Of a stretch of 64,000 nucleotides of DNA, positions 26,301 to 37,259 are shown piece by piece. The stretch is from the IMG/VR virus record IMGVR_UViG_3300020057_000027, positions 100,107 to 164,106 of that record; one strand, given 5' to 3'. The position numbers and the translations under genes are program-made. Within the stretch, counting starts at the first letter, position 1, and each line of letters opens with the position of its first letter. The notes under the pieces were generated by a model. That model had not been told where the DNA came from, ran no database searches, and was given only the letters and a program-made list of their open reading frames with translations. Source of the DNA: a virus.

Positions 26301-29300
26301 GCTCCAGATGAACCAGAAACAGGAATGGTAATCTATGCTTTAGATTTTGCTCCATATACTGCTTTGCCGGCTTCGGTATTTCCTAGATTCCGAGATAATA
26401 AGCGTTATACAATGCGCGATATTGGTAAACTTGAAAAGAGAATTTCTAATCTCGAATACTATACTACTCTTTCTTTACTTGAAGTAAATACAAAAGATCT
26501 TAAGATCACTGATGCTCAAGGTAATGATAAATTTAAGAATGGTTTCTTAGTTGATAACTTCGGAACATTCAATGGCGATTTAGGTAGTGCTGACTATAAA
26601 GCTGCCGTTGATCGTACTGCTGGCACAGCTAGACCTATTATAGTTCAACAAAATGCTGGACTATTTGAAAAGGTATTACTAGAGCCAAATACTATTCAAC
26701 AAAATGCACTAAGAGTAGCTGCCAGATATCAAAAGACTGGAGATATATACACTCTTCCTTACACTCCAAATAAACTACTTGAACAAAAGAAAGCAAGTAA
26801 AGTAGCTAATGTAAATCCTTATGCTGTATTCACATTTGTTGGAGCAGTAGATATTACTCCTTGGTCTGATGAATGGAGAGAAACTAAAACTGTTGAACCA
26901 TTAAATGTTGTTGATTCCGGTGCGTATGAAGCTGCACAGAAATCATTCGGACCGACAGGCACAACTATTGATTATACTTCTACTACACAGCAATGGACTG
27001 GTAGCAAAACAGAATCAACTAAGATTGGAGAAGTTATTAAGGTTGGTGGTCATGAATTCTTTGATGATCTTCCTAAGAAAGAAAAAAAGAAACTTAAGAA
27101 TCAAATAAAGAAAGGCAAAGGTAAAGTTGTTATTCCAGAAGGTTATGTAAATTCTGGTGAAGAAGTTCCTGCTGGCCGTAGCACAGAAATTGCTGATAAG
27201 TTTAGAACTACAACAACTATTACTGGCGAACAAATCACACAAACTTTCACTTCAACTTTTGTCGATCAAGGTTTCTCAAATCCAGTTTCATTTGGTTCGA
27301 GAATTATTGAAACTGCAATGGCAGAGTTTATGCGCGAGCGAGAAATAGTTTTCAGTGCCAAAGCTTTTATGCCATTTGCTAGATTGTATCCTTTCTTTGA
27401 TGATGTTGATGTTGCTGAAGACTGTAAGCCAGATGGTGGAGCTTATGGTAACGATCTTATATGCGACAGTAAAGGAAGACTTAAAGGTACTTACAAAATT
27501 CCTAATAGAGAAGGAAAGAAATTCAAAGTTGGTGATCGTATATTCCGACTAACTACCTCTCCAAACAATCAAAAGAATCCACCTCCTGCTTCTGCTGGTG
27601 AAGGTAAATATACTGCACGTGGATGGATTGATGTTCAACAAGAAACAACCTATTCAACAAGATTGTTTACTGTTGACCGAGGCAGCACAACAAGCTCAAG
27701 TGATATTTCTTTACAAACTTCTGAAACATTCTCAGAAGGTAAAGCGTGTCCAAGAGATCCTATAGCACAGAGTTTCTTCATTTACGAAAATGGCGGATGT
27801 TTTATCACGGCCGTAGATGTTTTCTTTTATAAGAAGCCAACAGGAAGTTCTCAACCTTCAATTACATTACAGATTAGACCTTTAGATGAAGGTGGTAATC
27901 CATCTAATAAAGTTCTTCCGTTCGGTGAGATAATTAAAGAAGCGGTTGAAATAGTAACTAATAAAGTAGATCTGATTAATGGAACTCTAACTGTTGTGGG
28001 TTATGATAACTCCGATTCTCAGATTGATGCTACTACTGATAATTCTGGCCCATGGCCTTCAACTAATGTTACTAATTCTTCTGGTAGAGCAATAACTTCT
28101 GGAGTTCCAGTAACTCTTGGTACGGTTCCTTCTGATGATATGATACCAACAAGATTTACTTTTGAAAGTCCAATATATCTTTCACAGAATGAAAGTTTTT
28201 GTTTTGTTTTAATATCTGATAGTAACGAATATAATGTTTGGGTTGCTCAATCTGGCCCAGACGTAACAAGCAGAGAAGGACTTGATGCTTTCAGAGATGA
28301 GGGTGAAGTTAATACTGAAATTGGAACTAATACGCCAATATTAAAAGACCCATATATTCAAGGTATCTTCTTTAAGTCACAAAACGGAATATCTTGGTCT
28401 GCCGATCAAACTATTGATATAAAGTTCAGCATTTGGAAAGCAGAATTTAATACTGCTGTCAATGGTGAAATAGAATTTGTTAATGATGAATTAGCATTAA
28501 AGAAACTTACTTTAGATCCTATTGAAACAAAAACTGGATCAAGCAGAGTTAGAATACTTCATCCTAATCATGGTTTAACTACTGATGCGCCTATAAGTAA
28601 AGTAGTATTTCAACCTAATTATGACATTACTCTTACTGGTGCATTAAGTAGTGTAGGAACAACTGTAACAGGATCTGGAACTCTATTCACTAGCGAACTT
28701 GTTGTTGGAAGTTTTATTCAACATCCCGTAACTGGAGAACAAAAGAAAGTAACAGCAATTGCTAATGCTACTTCTTTAACTATTGCGAGTGCGTTCACTT
28801 CATTACAATTAGCATCAAGCACTAATGTACAAGGAACAACCTTTGCTCTTCCTGACGCTTCTTCATTAAATGGTTTAGACGCTTCGACATTATTTAACTA
28901 TGTTGGACATAGTGTATTATTAACAGAAATGGATTACTACATTATAGATCTTGGAACAAATGCCACTGTTGATGGACGTGTGGGCGGTTCGCAAATATTG
29001 GCGTCTGAAAATAGAAGATTTGAAGAATTAATGTTATTGACTACTCCATTAGCATTACCACAAACAGATATTACTTGGAACGTTCAAACAACTTCTTCTG
29101 CTGGTGTTAATGATTTAATAACACAACCATATGAAGTTCTTCCTAGAAAAAATCTAACACCTAACGAAAAAATTATTTTTGATAAGCCAATGCAGATCAG
29201 TTCATATATTAATGAACATAATAGTGGAGATGTTCCTCCTGGCCCATCACAAGTATCTACTTCTGGTTTAGGTGATAAGAAATCATTAAATATTCGTGCT

Positions 29301-30416
29301 ATATTAAAGAGTTCAAATAAAAATCTATCTCCTGTTATTGATAGATCTCGTATGAGTGCGTTCCTACTTTCACATAGATTGGATGATCCTCGTGGTATTA
29401 GTGGTTCTGGAGTTGTTGCATCACAGATTGTGAATGATGTATTTGATAATTATCAGTGCTTACCTACTACTGTATCTCCAATTGTTGCTACTACTGCAAG
29501 CCTGTTTTGGTTTACTACATCTACTGGAGCACTATCTGGACAGTCTTCAGGTGCGTCAGGAAGCATAACTGTTACAGGTGATATAAATGCAAAATACTTA
29601 TCTGAATTGAAAGTTGGCTCTAAGATTAAAGTAAGTTCTTCTTCTGAAGAAAGAATAGTTAGAACTATTGCAAGTGATACTTCATTAACTGTTGATGTGG
29701 CATTTGGGGTAACATTTGGACCTGAAGTGATACATACTGATCCAGCTAATGTTAAAATTAAAACTGCTGACCCTAGTGCAGCAAAACATATTAGCAAACT
29801 AGATATTGGTAAATATTTGACTATTTCTGGTGCAACTGGAACAAGAAGCTTTACAGATAGATTAATTACTTCTGTAGAATATAGTCCAGATAATACTGTT
29901 GTTGATTCAAATTTGGGAGCTCCTAAACTAGCAGAAATTGAAGTTGATTATAGAACATTAACTGCCGCTACTATCGAAACAAACGCTATAACTATAACAC
30001 AAAAAGATAGATATATTGATGAAATAGCTCCATCTGGTGGAAGCTGTGCCGCTAAGTATGTTTCTAAGAAATTAGTAGTACCAAGAGAATCAAATTCTCT
30101 TAAGGTTATGTTTGATGCTCATAGACATAATTCGTGTCAATTAGAACTTTATTATAAACTTGAGCCTGTAAATTCTGATAAGCACATAGATAAGCTTAAC
30201 TGGATTAAAGGTGAGTTTAATCTTGATATTAATAGTGTATTACAGCCCGCTATTCCAGATGCTAATGACGGTCTTAATGAATTTAATACTTATGAAGCTA
30301 CTTTGAATGATCTGCCTGGTTATGTTGGAGCCCAAGTTAAAGTAGTTATGAGAGGTGGTAATCCTGCAAGACCTCCACTTATCAGAAACTTCAGATTAAT
30401 TGGTTTGGATGAATAG
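23388..30416 (+). CDS. large virion structural protein (VrlC-like/DUF4815-type)
   Basis: SPYFDDY...K.FYKILFRPG.AVQARELTQ.Q; APGADR; KRYTMRDIGKLEKRI.NLEYYT.LSLLE; DP.AQSF. Confidence 0.9.
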   Translation: MTKIDLNQSPYFDDYNENKKFYKILFRPGRAVQARELTQIQTALQKQVERMGRHIFEQGSQVLPGSKEGVRYINNNGFIKIPRTSYANTLTELNTYWLGKEIISASGVRAKVIGVREADTINEARLYLNYLNASTSGLVTSFVLGEIIQTDEIVPITTTIPATQYSIGLISSVIVEEGVYFFDGNFILVDQQTVFITPPDTEDQATWNNQPTALVGLKITESVITSDDDETLLDNALGSPNYAAPGADRLHISADLIQAALNTDDSDFISLLRVVDGVVQARVIRTEYSVLEDTLARRTNDESGDYSVVPFQIQIRDFLRNNINNGIHNEKEFHFDTQLEAQKISISTFGLAEPGNAVLHPDFISVWVPGTSYNTAGDASSFIQLCDDRLSIKVDPGKAYVKGYEIEKLSTTIIDVVKARTLRYRNNKTISTPLGTFLYVKKMYGALTLETYDTVELYDRPIVTGGASSGNKIGTARVLAVEFFSGVNGSVDGVYRLFVFDMKADPGKSLRQLKSIYSPNPTFTCDCVTQNFRLTGSVAKLPNQLIGTGTSWKNDELQRLQAGDFVQVSQGPTATIYRLLSTPSNDNVLDVTPNPAGALWPEGSTIDYSFVSPETNSQNSGLLFRLPDDVVYTLHGGSQGFVDTSLAGIDTVYTSRRVVGNGVVPVSDELQFTLSDPNEEFEDFNTSGYAVINLGGLSGDWLELIPYVAGNPSAGKCEVQALGAQVTFHLNNTDTLSAGLNGFYVITPVIHSGNFASKERSKTLVKGSFPLGVYSGESVVSAGSDVSEISLGRADVLRITRVVESQNYTSVPSDLEVLPPTDRDITGLYILDDGQRDYFYDIAKVVLRPGVTRPRGRVRVEFDYFQHGTSGNYFCVDSYPFRGPGKQMDYEEIGIYVSADGTEYDLASAVDFRPRVIEPGGIGSGFATTLELPKENFRCDYHFYEGRIDKLFLDKSSKFLIKSGTPDVKPQAPDEPETGMVIYALDFAPYTALPASVFPRFRDNKRYTMRDIGKLEKRISNLEYYTTLSLLEVNTKDLKITDAQGNDKFKNGFLVDNFGTFNGDLGSADYKAAVDRTAGTARPIIVQQNAGLFEKVLLEPNTIQQNALRVAARYQKTGDIYTLPYTPNKLLEQKKASKVANVNPYAVFTFVGAVDITPWSDEWRETKTVEPLNVVDSGAYEAAQKSFGPTGTTIDYTSTTQQWTGSKTESTKIGEVIKVGGHEFFDDLPKKEKKKLKNQIKKGKGKVVIPEGYVNSGEEVPAGRSTEIADKFRTTTTITGEQITQTFTSTFVDQGFSNPVSFGSRIIETAMAEFMREREIVFSAKAFMPFARLYPFFDDVDVAEDCKPDGGAYGNDLICDSKGRLKGTYKIPNREGKKFKVGDRIFRLTTSPNNQKNPPPASAGEGKYTARGWIDVQQETTYSTRLFTVDRGSTTSSSDISLQTSETFSEGKACPRDPIAQSFFIYENGGCFITAVDVFFYKKPTGSSQPSITLQIRPLDEGGNPSNKVLPFGEIIKEAVEIVTNKVDLINGTLTVVGYDNSDSQIDATTDNSGPWPSTNVTNSSGRAITSGVPVTLGTVPSDDMIPTRFTFESPIYLSQNESFCFVLISDSNEYNVWVAQSGPDVTSREGLDAFRDEGEVNTEIGTNTPILKDPYIQGIFFKSQNGISWSADQTIDIKFSIWKAEFNTAVNGEIEFVNDELALKKLTLDPIETKTGSSRVRILHPNHGLTTDAPISKVVFQPNYDITLTGALSSVGTTVTGSGTLFTSELVVGSFIQHPVTGEQKKVTAIANATSLTIASAFTSLQLASSTNVQGTTFALPDASSLNGLDASTLFNYVGHSVLLTEMDYYIIDLGTNATVDGRVGGSQILASENRRFEELMLLTTPLALPQTDITWNVQTTSSAGVNDLITQPYEVLPRKNLTPNEKIIFDKPMQISSYINEHNSGDVPPGPSQVSTSGLGDKKSLNIRAILKSSNKNLSPVIDRSRMSAFLLSHRLDDPRGISGSGVVASQIVNDVFDNYQCLPTTVSPIVATTASLFWFTTSTGALSGQSSGASGSITVTGDINAKYLSELKVGSKIKVSSSSEERIVRTIASDTSLTVDVAFGVTFGPEVIHTDPANVKIKTADPSAAKHISKLDIGKYLTISGATGTRSFTDRLITSVEYSPDNTVVDSNLGAPKLAEIEVDYRTLTAATIETNAITITQKDRYIDEIAPSGGSCAAKYVSKKLVVPRESNSLKVMFDAHRHNSCQLELYYKLEPVNSDKHIDKLNWIKGEFNLDINSVLQPAIPDANDGLNEFNTYEATLNDLPGYVGAQVKVVMRGGNPARPPLIRNFRLIGLDE

Positions 30417-30417
30417 C

Positions 30418-30657
30418 ATGAAAACTTCTTTAGTTGAAAATAATCCACAACTACGTAGAGATTTGAATACTGGTTCAGTGATTAATATAGACGAAAATGG
30501 TTATAGAAATCATAAGAAGCAAAAAGCTCTTAGTAAACAAAAAATAGAGTTAGAACAGGCCAAAGAAGAGCGAATAAATAGATTAGAGACAGACGTATCA
30601 GAATTGAAAACTGGTATAAATCAAATTTTAGAGATATTGAAAAATGCCAATTCTTAA
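30418..30657 (+). CDS. conserved small coiled-coil protein following the VrlC-like gene
   Basis: L.RD..TG.VIN.D...Y...RINRLE.DVSELK. Confidence 0.8.
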   Translation: MKTSLVENNPQLRRDLNTGSVINIDENGYRNHKKQKALSKQKIELEQAKEERINRLETDVSELKTGINQILEILKNANS

Positions 30658-31048
30658 AGTACCAGACACAGACAGTTTTGACTTGTGGAGACAGAAGACT
30701 AATCTTCTTGCTCTTCAACAAGGAGACTTTCAACGTCTTATTGCTCCATTGGTTTATCCTATTTCTGGTTCGGTAACTTCTTTTGGTGATAGCTTAGTTG
30801 GTGTTGGAACAAACTTTGTTACAGAACTTATTGTAGGTAGTCGTGTTAGAGATATTGGAACTTTTGCAGAAAGAACTATTATTGAAATAACTTCTGCTAC
30901 TACTGCTAAAACTGACACTGCTTTTACTCCCGCATTGGCAGCTTCACAATTAGCAACAATGGATATTATAACAGCACTAAATTCTACGTACCTAGCAATA
31001 GGAACAGTACAAAGAAATATTTTAATCCGCGCAATAGCGATGAGTTAA
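30644..31048 (+). CDS. virion structural/fibre-anchor protein
   Basis: N-terminal V..TDSFD.WRQKTN anchor motif plus a beta-barrel module shared with gp18. Confidence 0.75.
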   Translation: MPILKVPDTDSFDLWRQKTNLLALQQGDFQRLIAPLVYPISGSVTSFGDSLVGVGTNFVTELIVGSRVRDIGTFAERTIIEITSATTAKTDTAFTPALAASQLATMDIITALNSTYLAIGTVQRNILIRAIAMS

Positions 31049-31057
31049 AGAGGTAAT

Positions 31058-31405
31058 ATGACAGCACTAAATGGATTATTTAAAAACGCGGTAAAGGCAG
31101 CTATAGGAAATTCCTTTCAGACTATCTATACCGCCCCGGCTCTAAAAGATAGTTATGCTATTGAACTTGACGTTGCTAACAACGGCAATACTGGTGTTCA
31201 GATTACCGCAAGACTTTATGATATCTCGGCTGGTGTTACAGCAAATATTGTTAAGCTCGCTCCTGTTCCTGTGGGTTCTGCTATTCAAATTATTGATGGT
31301 CAAAAGATTGTTCTTGAAGCTGGAGATTACATTGAAGTTAAATGTGATACTCCTGGCGAAACAGTAGATGTTATTCTATCATTAGTAGAAGACGTAAATA
31401 GTTAA
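31058..31405 (+). CDS. fibre-associated beta-sandwich protein
   Basis: FKNA...TIYTAP...VAN...VP.GSA.....GQKIVLEAGD.I.V motif, typical of genes preceding MAYIG-type fibres. Confidence 0.75.
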   Translation: MTALNGLFKNAVKAAIGNSFQTIYTAPALKDSYAIELDVANNGNTGVQITARLYDISAGVTANIVKLAPVPVGSAIQIIDGQKIVLEAGDYIEVKCDTPGETVDVILSLVEDVNS

Positions 31406-31414
31406 AGGTATTTC

Positions 31415-34000
31415 ATGGCTTATATCGGTAACGGTAGAACATTATTAATTTTCGGACCTAATGCTCAAGATGACATTGTTCCTGATGGTGTATCTTCTAC
31501 TTTTAATTTATCTCAAGAAGTTCCTGGTGGTTACGAAGGTAATGTAGTAGTTGTTCGTAAAAGATATCTTTTAGACCAACTTATTGTTGAAAACGGTGGC
31601 GCTCCAATTTCTTTAGTTTCACCTAATAGAATCACTACGATTAATACAGATGTGGCGGCCGCCTTATCTATAGTTCAAGCTCCCACAACTGATAATGATT
31701 CATCTAATATTCACATCTCAGGATCGGGTGCTGGTAATGATGGTGTTTATAGAGTTGCTTCTATAAATTATACTGGAGACCAAATTGAAATTTTTATTAT
31801 AGGAACTTTTTTTGATGAATATAATGCTCCAATAGATGTTTCTTGGGGAAGAACAACTGAATGGGAAGTTCTTGAACCTGAACTTGATTATGTAATAGGT
31901 GGCGTAGGAAATAATACAAATCAAGAAATCACCTTTCAAGCTGGATATATTCCTGCCATTGATGATAAAATTTATGTTATTCATAAAGGTGATGCTACTT
32001 ATAATTTTGTTCCTTCACAGGCATCTGTTGGACCAGATCAATTACAACAAAATTTAAGAAACTTTGTATGCGATAGATATGTTGGAGATGGGACTACTAC
32101 TACTTTTGCTCTATCACAATTTGCCGTAAACGCTAAAACATTATTAGTATATCAAGTAGGCACAGAAAGAGATGGTGATGATCCAGATCAATCATTTATA
32201 GGCGATTGGTCATTAGCTCTTAATGGTCTTAGTATAACATTCGCTAGTCCTCCTAATATAGGAAATCCTATAAAAATTCTTCATTTAGGATTTTCTACTG
32301 TTGCTAGACGTGCTTCTTTATCTCCAGGACAGGCTGGTTTATTAGCTCCAGGAACTGTAAACAACGCTGCGCTCTCTGCCAATAGTGTAACTACAGATAA
32401 GATTGCACCTGGAGCAGTTCAAAATTCTGACATTGGTTCCGATGCAGTAGGTGGTTCTAAAATTCTTTTAAACAATGAAGAAAATCTTCGCGGTAAAGAT
32501 TTTGGTGGTACTGCTAGAGGTCTACTTAAAATAAATGCAAGCGATCAAACAGTTTTAAACTCTCAAGGTGATACACTACTTCAAGTTGCTGGTGTAACTA
32601 AAATAAAATTAGATAATGCTAATAGTGCATTATCTCCTGAAGTGACAAATACTATTGCATTAGGTACAGCAACAAAAAAATATTCTGCTTTATTTGTTCA
32701 AGGCACCGCAAGTCTTGGAGCTACCGATGTTACAACATTAAGTGCTTTAGGTAATATTACTGTAACAGGTAACGTTATTTTACCTACTGGTGGAGCAACT
32801 GTTGATGGTGTAGATCTTACAGCATTAAAAACTCAAGTAGACCAATTAGCATTAGATCTTCTTGCTGCTGTTCCTACAGGAACTATGAAAATGTGGATGG
32901 TTGATGGCGCTACCCCTGCTGGTTATCTACTATGTCAAGGGCAAGTAGTTTCACAAGCCACATATAGTAATTTATTTTCTGTATTAAGTACAACCTTTAA
33001 TACCGGCGGAGAAGGTGGTGGCAACTTTAGAATACCAGATTTAAGACAAAGATTTCCTATAGGTAAAGCCGCTTCAGGTACAGGATCTTTATGGGGTCCA
33101 GTTTCGGGTGTTGGTGGTTCAATAGATCATACTCATACTAGCGGCGCCCATACACACGATTTAAGTTCGCACACGCATGCGGTTCCTGGACATTTTCATG
33201 CACAAGATACAGGTGGCGGTGGCTCAACATTAGCCATAACTGGTTTATCGGGAACTCATACTACAAATATTGATATATCGCACGGACATACTGCAAGTTC
33301 TCTTGGTTCTTCAACTGGAGCTTCTATATCTCAAAGTGCCCACGCACATACTATTAATATTAGTGATCCTGGACATGCTCACAGTGTTTTTGATCCTGGA
33401 CATACTCACGGTATGGCCGGAATGAACGCTAACGCGAATCACTCCCATACTGGAAGCACAAATACAGACGGTTCACATAATCATGCCACTGATACTTCAA
33501 GAGGTGCCGGAGTAAATTCAGGTTCTACTGGAAAACCCGACAAAAATGATGGTAATGTGACTGCTAATACTGGTACTATGAATATAGATACCGCATCAAG
33601 TACCCACAGCCATGCATTTACAACTAATACGGCGAATGTTGATCACTCTCATACAATTTATGTAAACGGAACAGGAGTGGGAACAAATGGGATCGGCACA
33701 GGAGTAAGTGCTGTTTGTGTTCCAACTACAGCTAACGTAACTTTTAATGATGCATCACATTCCCATACTATAACAGTAAATGCTTTAGGTGCGACAAATA
33801 AAACTGATATTTCAGGCGTTCACACTCATGCAGCTAATACATTTTCTGGATCTATTGGTAATGTAGCAGGTGGTATTTCGGGCAACTCAAATTTTTCAAC
33901 ATTTGGGCCAAGTGCTGCCAATACGGGTTCCGCTGGAGCAGTAACAACTACTTCAAATAATCCTCCATTCCACACAGTGCATTTCATAATTAAAACATAA
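31415..34000 (+). CDS. tail fibre with collar domain and His-rich needle
   Basis: collar PTG...P.GYLLC.GQ.VS..TY..LF......F.IPDLR..F; 14 HxH motifs; ends NPPF.TVHFIIKT. Confidence 0.85.
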   Translation: MAYIGNGRTLLIFGPNAQDDIVPDGVSSTFNLSQEVPGGYEGNVVVVRKRYLLDQLIVENGGAPISLVSPNRITTINTDVAAALSIVQAPTTDNDSSNIHISGSGAGNDGVYRVASINYTGDQIEIFIIGTFFDEYNAPIDVSWGRTTEWEVLEPELDYVIGGVGNNTNQEITFQAGYIPAIDDKIYVIHKGDATYNFVPSQASVGPDQLQQNLRNFVCDRYVGDGTTTTFALSQFAVNAKTLLVYQVGTERDGDDPDQSFIGDWSLALNGLSITFASPPNIGNPIKILHLGFSTVARRASLSPGQAGLLAPGTVNNAALSANSVTTDKIAPGAVQNSDIGSDAVGGSKILLNNEENLRGKDFGGTARGLLKINASDQTVLNSQGDTLLQVAGVTKIKLDNANSALSPEVTNTIALGTATKKYSALFVQGTASLGATDVTTLSALGNITVTGNVILPTGGATVDGVDLTALKTQVDQLALDLLAAVPTGTMKMWMVDGATPAGYLLCQGQVVSQATYSNLFSVLSTTFNTGGEGGGNFRIPDLRQRFPIGKAASGTGSLWGPVSGVGGSIDHTHTSGAHTHDLSSHTHAVPGHFHAQDTGGGGSTLAITGLSGTHTTNIDISHGHTASSLGSSTGASISQSAHAHTINISDPGHAHSVFDPGHTHGMAGMNANANHSHTGSTNTDGSHNHATDTSRGAGVNSGSTGKPDKNDGNVTANTGTMNIDTASSTHSHAFTTNTANVDHSHTIYVNGTGVGTNGIGTGVSAVCVPTTANVTFNDASHSHTITVNALGATNKTDISGVHTHAANTFSGSIGNVAGGISGNSNFSTFGPSAANTGSAGAVTTTSNNPPFHTVHFIIKT

Positions 34001-34010
34001 GGTGATATAG

Positions 34011-34946
34011 ATGGCAAAGTATTTAGGACGAGATGTAGCATACGGTTTATTTGATAAACAAGTAATTGTACCTGATGGAGTTAATGACGAATTTACTCTC
34101 ATCTATCAAGTCGGCTCAACTGGTTCTTTGCTTATTAACTATGCTGGAACTATATTAGAGCCTGGCACTGAATATGCTTTAACTGAAGGCGGTCAGAAAG
34201 TCCAGTTTTCTTTTGTGCCTCAAATTGGTTATAGTCTATATCTTGTTTATATGGGTAAAGAAATGCAAGTGCCTTCAGTGGCAGGAGCTTTCCCATTACT
34301 AGTACAAGCATTAGGTGATGGTGTTACAACTGCTTTTACTTTACCATTATCTCCATTAAATGTTGCTGGTATTATTGTATTCAAACAAGGTATTCAACAA
34401 AGAGCAACAACACATTTTACTCTATCAGGAGCAATAGTTACTTTTACAACTGCTCCTGCGTTTGGCGATTTTGTAGATTTTTATATTCTTGGTATTGAAA
34501 GAACTGATCTAGTTACTGTAGATCCTCTTGCTATTACTAATGATAAAATTGGGCCAATGGCCGTGACTGCTGATAAACTTAATTTATTATATACTGCTTA
34601 TGCTAGTGCGTTAGATACTTTCGGTGGAATGGCCATTGATAGTTATACTATTAACGTTGCTGAGTATATTGATCAGGGTAGATGTATTAAATTAAGGTTT
34701 CAAGCTACAGTAACTTTAAGCGGAACACCTGATAACAAGATTAGAATTCTTTTACCAATTCCAAACAACGGTAGTACACTTGTTACTGGCTCAGTAACAT
34801 TAAGTTCTTCTACTACTCTTGAGAATGGAATCATTAGATGGGGTAGCGTCAATCACTTTGACATACACAGACAATTTGGGGTAAATTACGAAGCTAATCC
34901 AACCGAGTGGACCGTTGAAGTTGATATGGAGTATGAATCTGCCTAA
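34011..34946 (+). CDS. fibre-associated structural protein
   Basis: two DG....F.L modules paralogous to the N-terminus of 31415..34000. Confidence 0.75.
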   Translation: MAKYLGRDVAYGLFDKQVIVPDGVNDEFTLIYQVGSTGSLLINYAGTILEPGTEYALTEGGQKVQFSFVPQIGYSLYLVYMGKEMQVPSVAGAFPLLVQALGDGVTTAFTLPLSPLNVAGIIVFKQGIQQRATTHFTLSGAIVTFTTAPAFGDFVDFYILGIERTDLVTVDPLAITNDKIGPMAVTADKLNLLYTAYASALDTFGGMAIDSYTINVAEYIDQGRCIKLRFQATVTLSGTPDNKIRILLPIPNNGSTLVTGSVTLSSSTTLENGIIRWGSVNHFDIHRQFGVNYEANPTEWTVEVDMEYESA

Positions 34947-35005
34947 AGCGGTTTCAAACTAAATAATTGGAGCTATAGCTCTAACAATTTTAAGGCGGAA
35001 ACACA

Positions 35006-37246
35006 ATGTCAACCACTCTAACAAGTGCCATCATAAATGTAAATGTTTCCAAGCTCAAGAAAGATCTTGAAGCACTTGGAGACATCAAAGTACAATCTAT
35101 TGCGCCCAAAGACGGTCTTACGCTCACAACTGTTATCATGGTTCGTGGGGATGGTGTTTCTAATCTCACAGGTTCACAAGTAATAGCCGCCCAAGCAGTC
35201 ATAGATGCTCACGTAGACCTTCAAGACGAAGACTTAAGACTTCTTGGTAGAAACGATACGGTATTAGGTAATACACAGGCAGGAACACTTGATTTCTATA
35301 ATACTAACGTTGCCCGTTGGAGAATCAATACTTCTCATGCTCTTTTGCCTGTTGCCAATGCTTCTTATGATCTAGGTAGTTCTGGATTAAGAATCAATCA
35401 ACTCTTTTCTGTTACTGGTAACTTTTCTGGTGATGTTAGTATCTCTGGTAACTTAACTGTAAGCGGAACCACTACTACAATCAATACAGCAAACTTAAAT
35501 ATTGCTGATAATATAATCACTCTTAATTCAGATTGGACTGGAGCTCCCACTGAAGATGCTGGTATTCTTATTGAACGTGGTTCATCTACTGATGCTGAAA
35601 TTCTATGGAATGAAACTACTGATAAATTTCAGGCTGGTGTATTAACAGATCTACAAAACATTATTAGACAAACTGAATTTGATACTCACGTAAACAACGT
35701 AAGTAATCCACACTCAGTAACTAAAACACAAGTTGGACTTTCTAACGTTACTGATGATGCACAGTTAAAAAGAGCTTCTGGTGATTACATAAGTTTTACT
35801 GCTAAAACTGTTCCTGTTTCTGCTGATGTATTTTTAATTGAAGATAGTGCGGCCGGTAATGCCAAAAAGCGGGTAACGTTTACACAAATTAATTCTAATC
35901 TAGTTCACCAAAATCTTTCTGGTGCTGGAACAAATACTCATACTCAAATTGATGCACATATATCAGATCTTGCTAACCCACACGCAGTAACTAAAACACA
36001 AGTTGGACTTTCTAACGTTACTAATGATGCACAGTTAAAAAGAGCCGCAAGTGATTTTAGTTCTTTTACTGTTAAAGCTACACCAACAAATTCAGACGTT
36101 CTTTTGATTGAAGATGCTGCTGGTTCTGGAGCAAAGAAATTTGTAACTATTGGAAGCTTACCATTTTCTGCTTCTGCTACCTTAGATGGATTTCCTCTTC
36201 CTGCTACTCCAACCAACGGACAGACTGTATTATTTAATAGCGGTTTAAGTCAATGGGATTATATTGAAGAAGGGGTTGCAAAGAAAGTTGTAACAGGTTC
36301 GGGTAATAAATCTTTTGATGCTACAAGTATTCCAGATGATGCCGAATATCTAAGATACGATTCAGGTTTAGATAAGATTATTTGGGCGACTGCTCCTGGT
36401 GTATCAAGTTCTGGACCTATTGGTTCTATTATTTCTCATTCTGCTTCTACTGCTCCTTTAGGTTATTTACATTGTGATGGTTCGGCAGTCTCAAGAACTT
36501 TCTATGCTGATCTATTTGCAGTTATTGGAACTCTATATGGTGTTGGAGATGGTTCAACTACTTTCAATCTGCCCGATACACGACAAAAGTTTTTACTTGG
36601 TCTAGCAGTTTCAGGAACTGGTTCTACTCTTGGTAGTTCAGGTGGTGCTATAGATCATCAACACACTCTATCAACCACTGCTACTGGACAAACTGGTGGA
36701 GCTGGTTTATTGTTGACTTCAACATCTACTGGAACAAGTAACCCTCCGTTTGTAGCAATTAAACACTTCATTAAGTATAGTGATAATATTCTTGCTAGTG
36801 GTATTACTAATATAGCAAATGATATTGCTTTTACTGGTATATTAACACAACAAACACATTCTGCTTATGCTGGTTCGCAAGAAATAAAGAAAACTTTTGG
36901 TTTTCAAACAACAAACGCAACACAACAAACCGCTTTATCAATTGCTTTACCTGATTTAACTGTAACATGGATTGAAGTTTTATTAACTGCAAGATTTCAA
37001 AACACTGGCACAAATAAAAGTTATGTTGCAAGAGTATTTGGTGGCGTAAGAAGAAACAATGGAGGTTCCGCGGCGCTAATAGATTCGCCAGAAATTGCTG
37101 ACTTGATTGCTGAAAACCCAACAAATTATTCTGTAGATTTAGGAGTTAGTGGTAACAATGTAACTGTGTTGGTTACTGGTGCTGCTGGCGAAACAGTAAA
37201 TTGGACGGGCACAGTAAGATACCAATCAGTAAGTCTAGCGGTTTAG
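35006..37246 (+). CDS. tail fibre protein with duplicated NPH.VTK.QVGL.NV repeat, collar domain and C-terminal beta-sandwich
   Basis: protein motifs; late promoter at 34959. Confidence 0.85.
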   Translation: MSTTLTSAIINVNVSKLKKDLEALGDIKVQSIAPKDGLTLTTVIMVRGDGVSNLTGSQVIAAQAVIDAHVDLQDEDLRLLGRNDTVLGNTQAGTLDFYNTNVARWRINTSHALLPVANASYDLGSSGLRINQLFSVTGNFSGDVSISGNLTVSGTTTTINTANLNIADNIITLNSDWTGAPTEDAGILIERGSSTDAEILWNETTDKFQAGVLTDLQNIIRQTEFDTHVNNVSNPHSVTKTQVGLSNVTDDAQLKRASGDYISFTAKTVPVSADVFLIEDSAAGNAKKRVTFTQINSNLVHQNLSGAGTNTHTQIDAHISDLANPHAVTKTQVGLSNVTNDAQLKRAASDFSSFTVKATPTNSDVLLIEDAAGSGAKKFVTIGSLPFSASATLDGFPLPATPTNGQTVLFNSGLSQWDYIEEGVAKKVVTGSGNKSFDATSIPDDAEYLRYDSGLDKIIWATAPGVSSSGPIGSIISHSASTAPLGYLHCDGSAVSRTFYADLFAVIGTLYGVGDGSTTFNLPDTRQKFLLGLAVSGTGSTLGSSGGAIDHQHTLSTTATGQTGGAGLLLTSTSTGTSNPPFVAIKHFIKYSDNILASGITNIANDIAFTGILTQQTHSAYAGSQEIKKTFGFQTTNATQQTALSIALPDLTVTWIEVLLTARFQNTGTNKSYVARVFGGVRRNNGGSAALIDSPEIADLIAENPTNYSVDLGVSGNNVTVLVTGAAGETVNWTGTVRYQSVSLAV
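35705..36045 (+). repeat. intragenic duplication with 270-nt period
   Basis: 35705-35775 and 35975-36045 nearly identical at nucleotide level. Confidence 0.85.
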
Positions 37247-37259
37247 GAGTAATTTAACT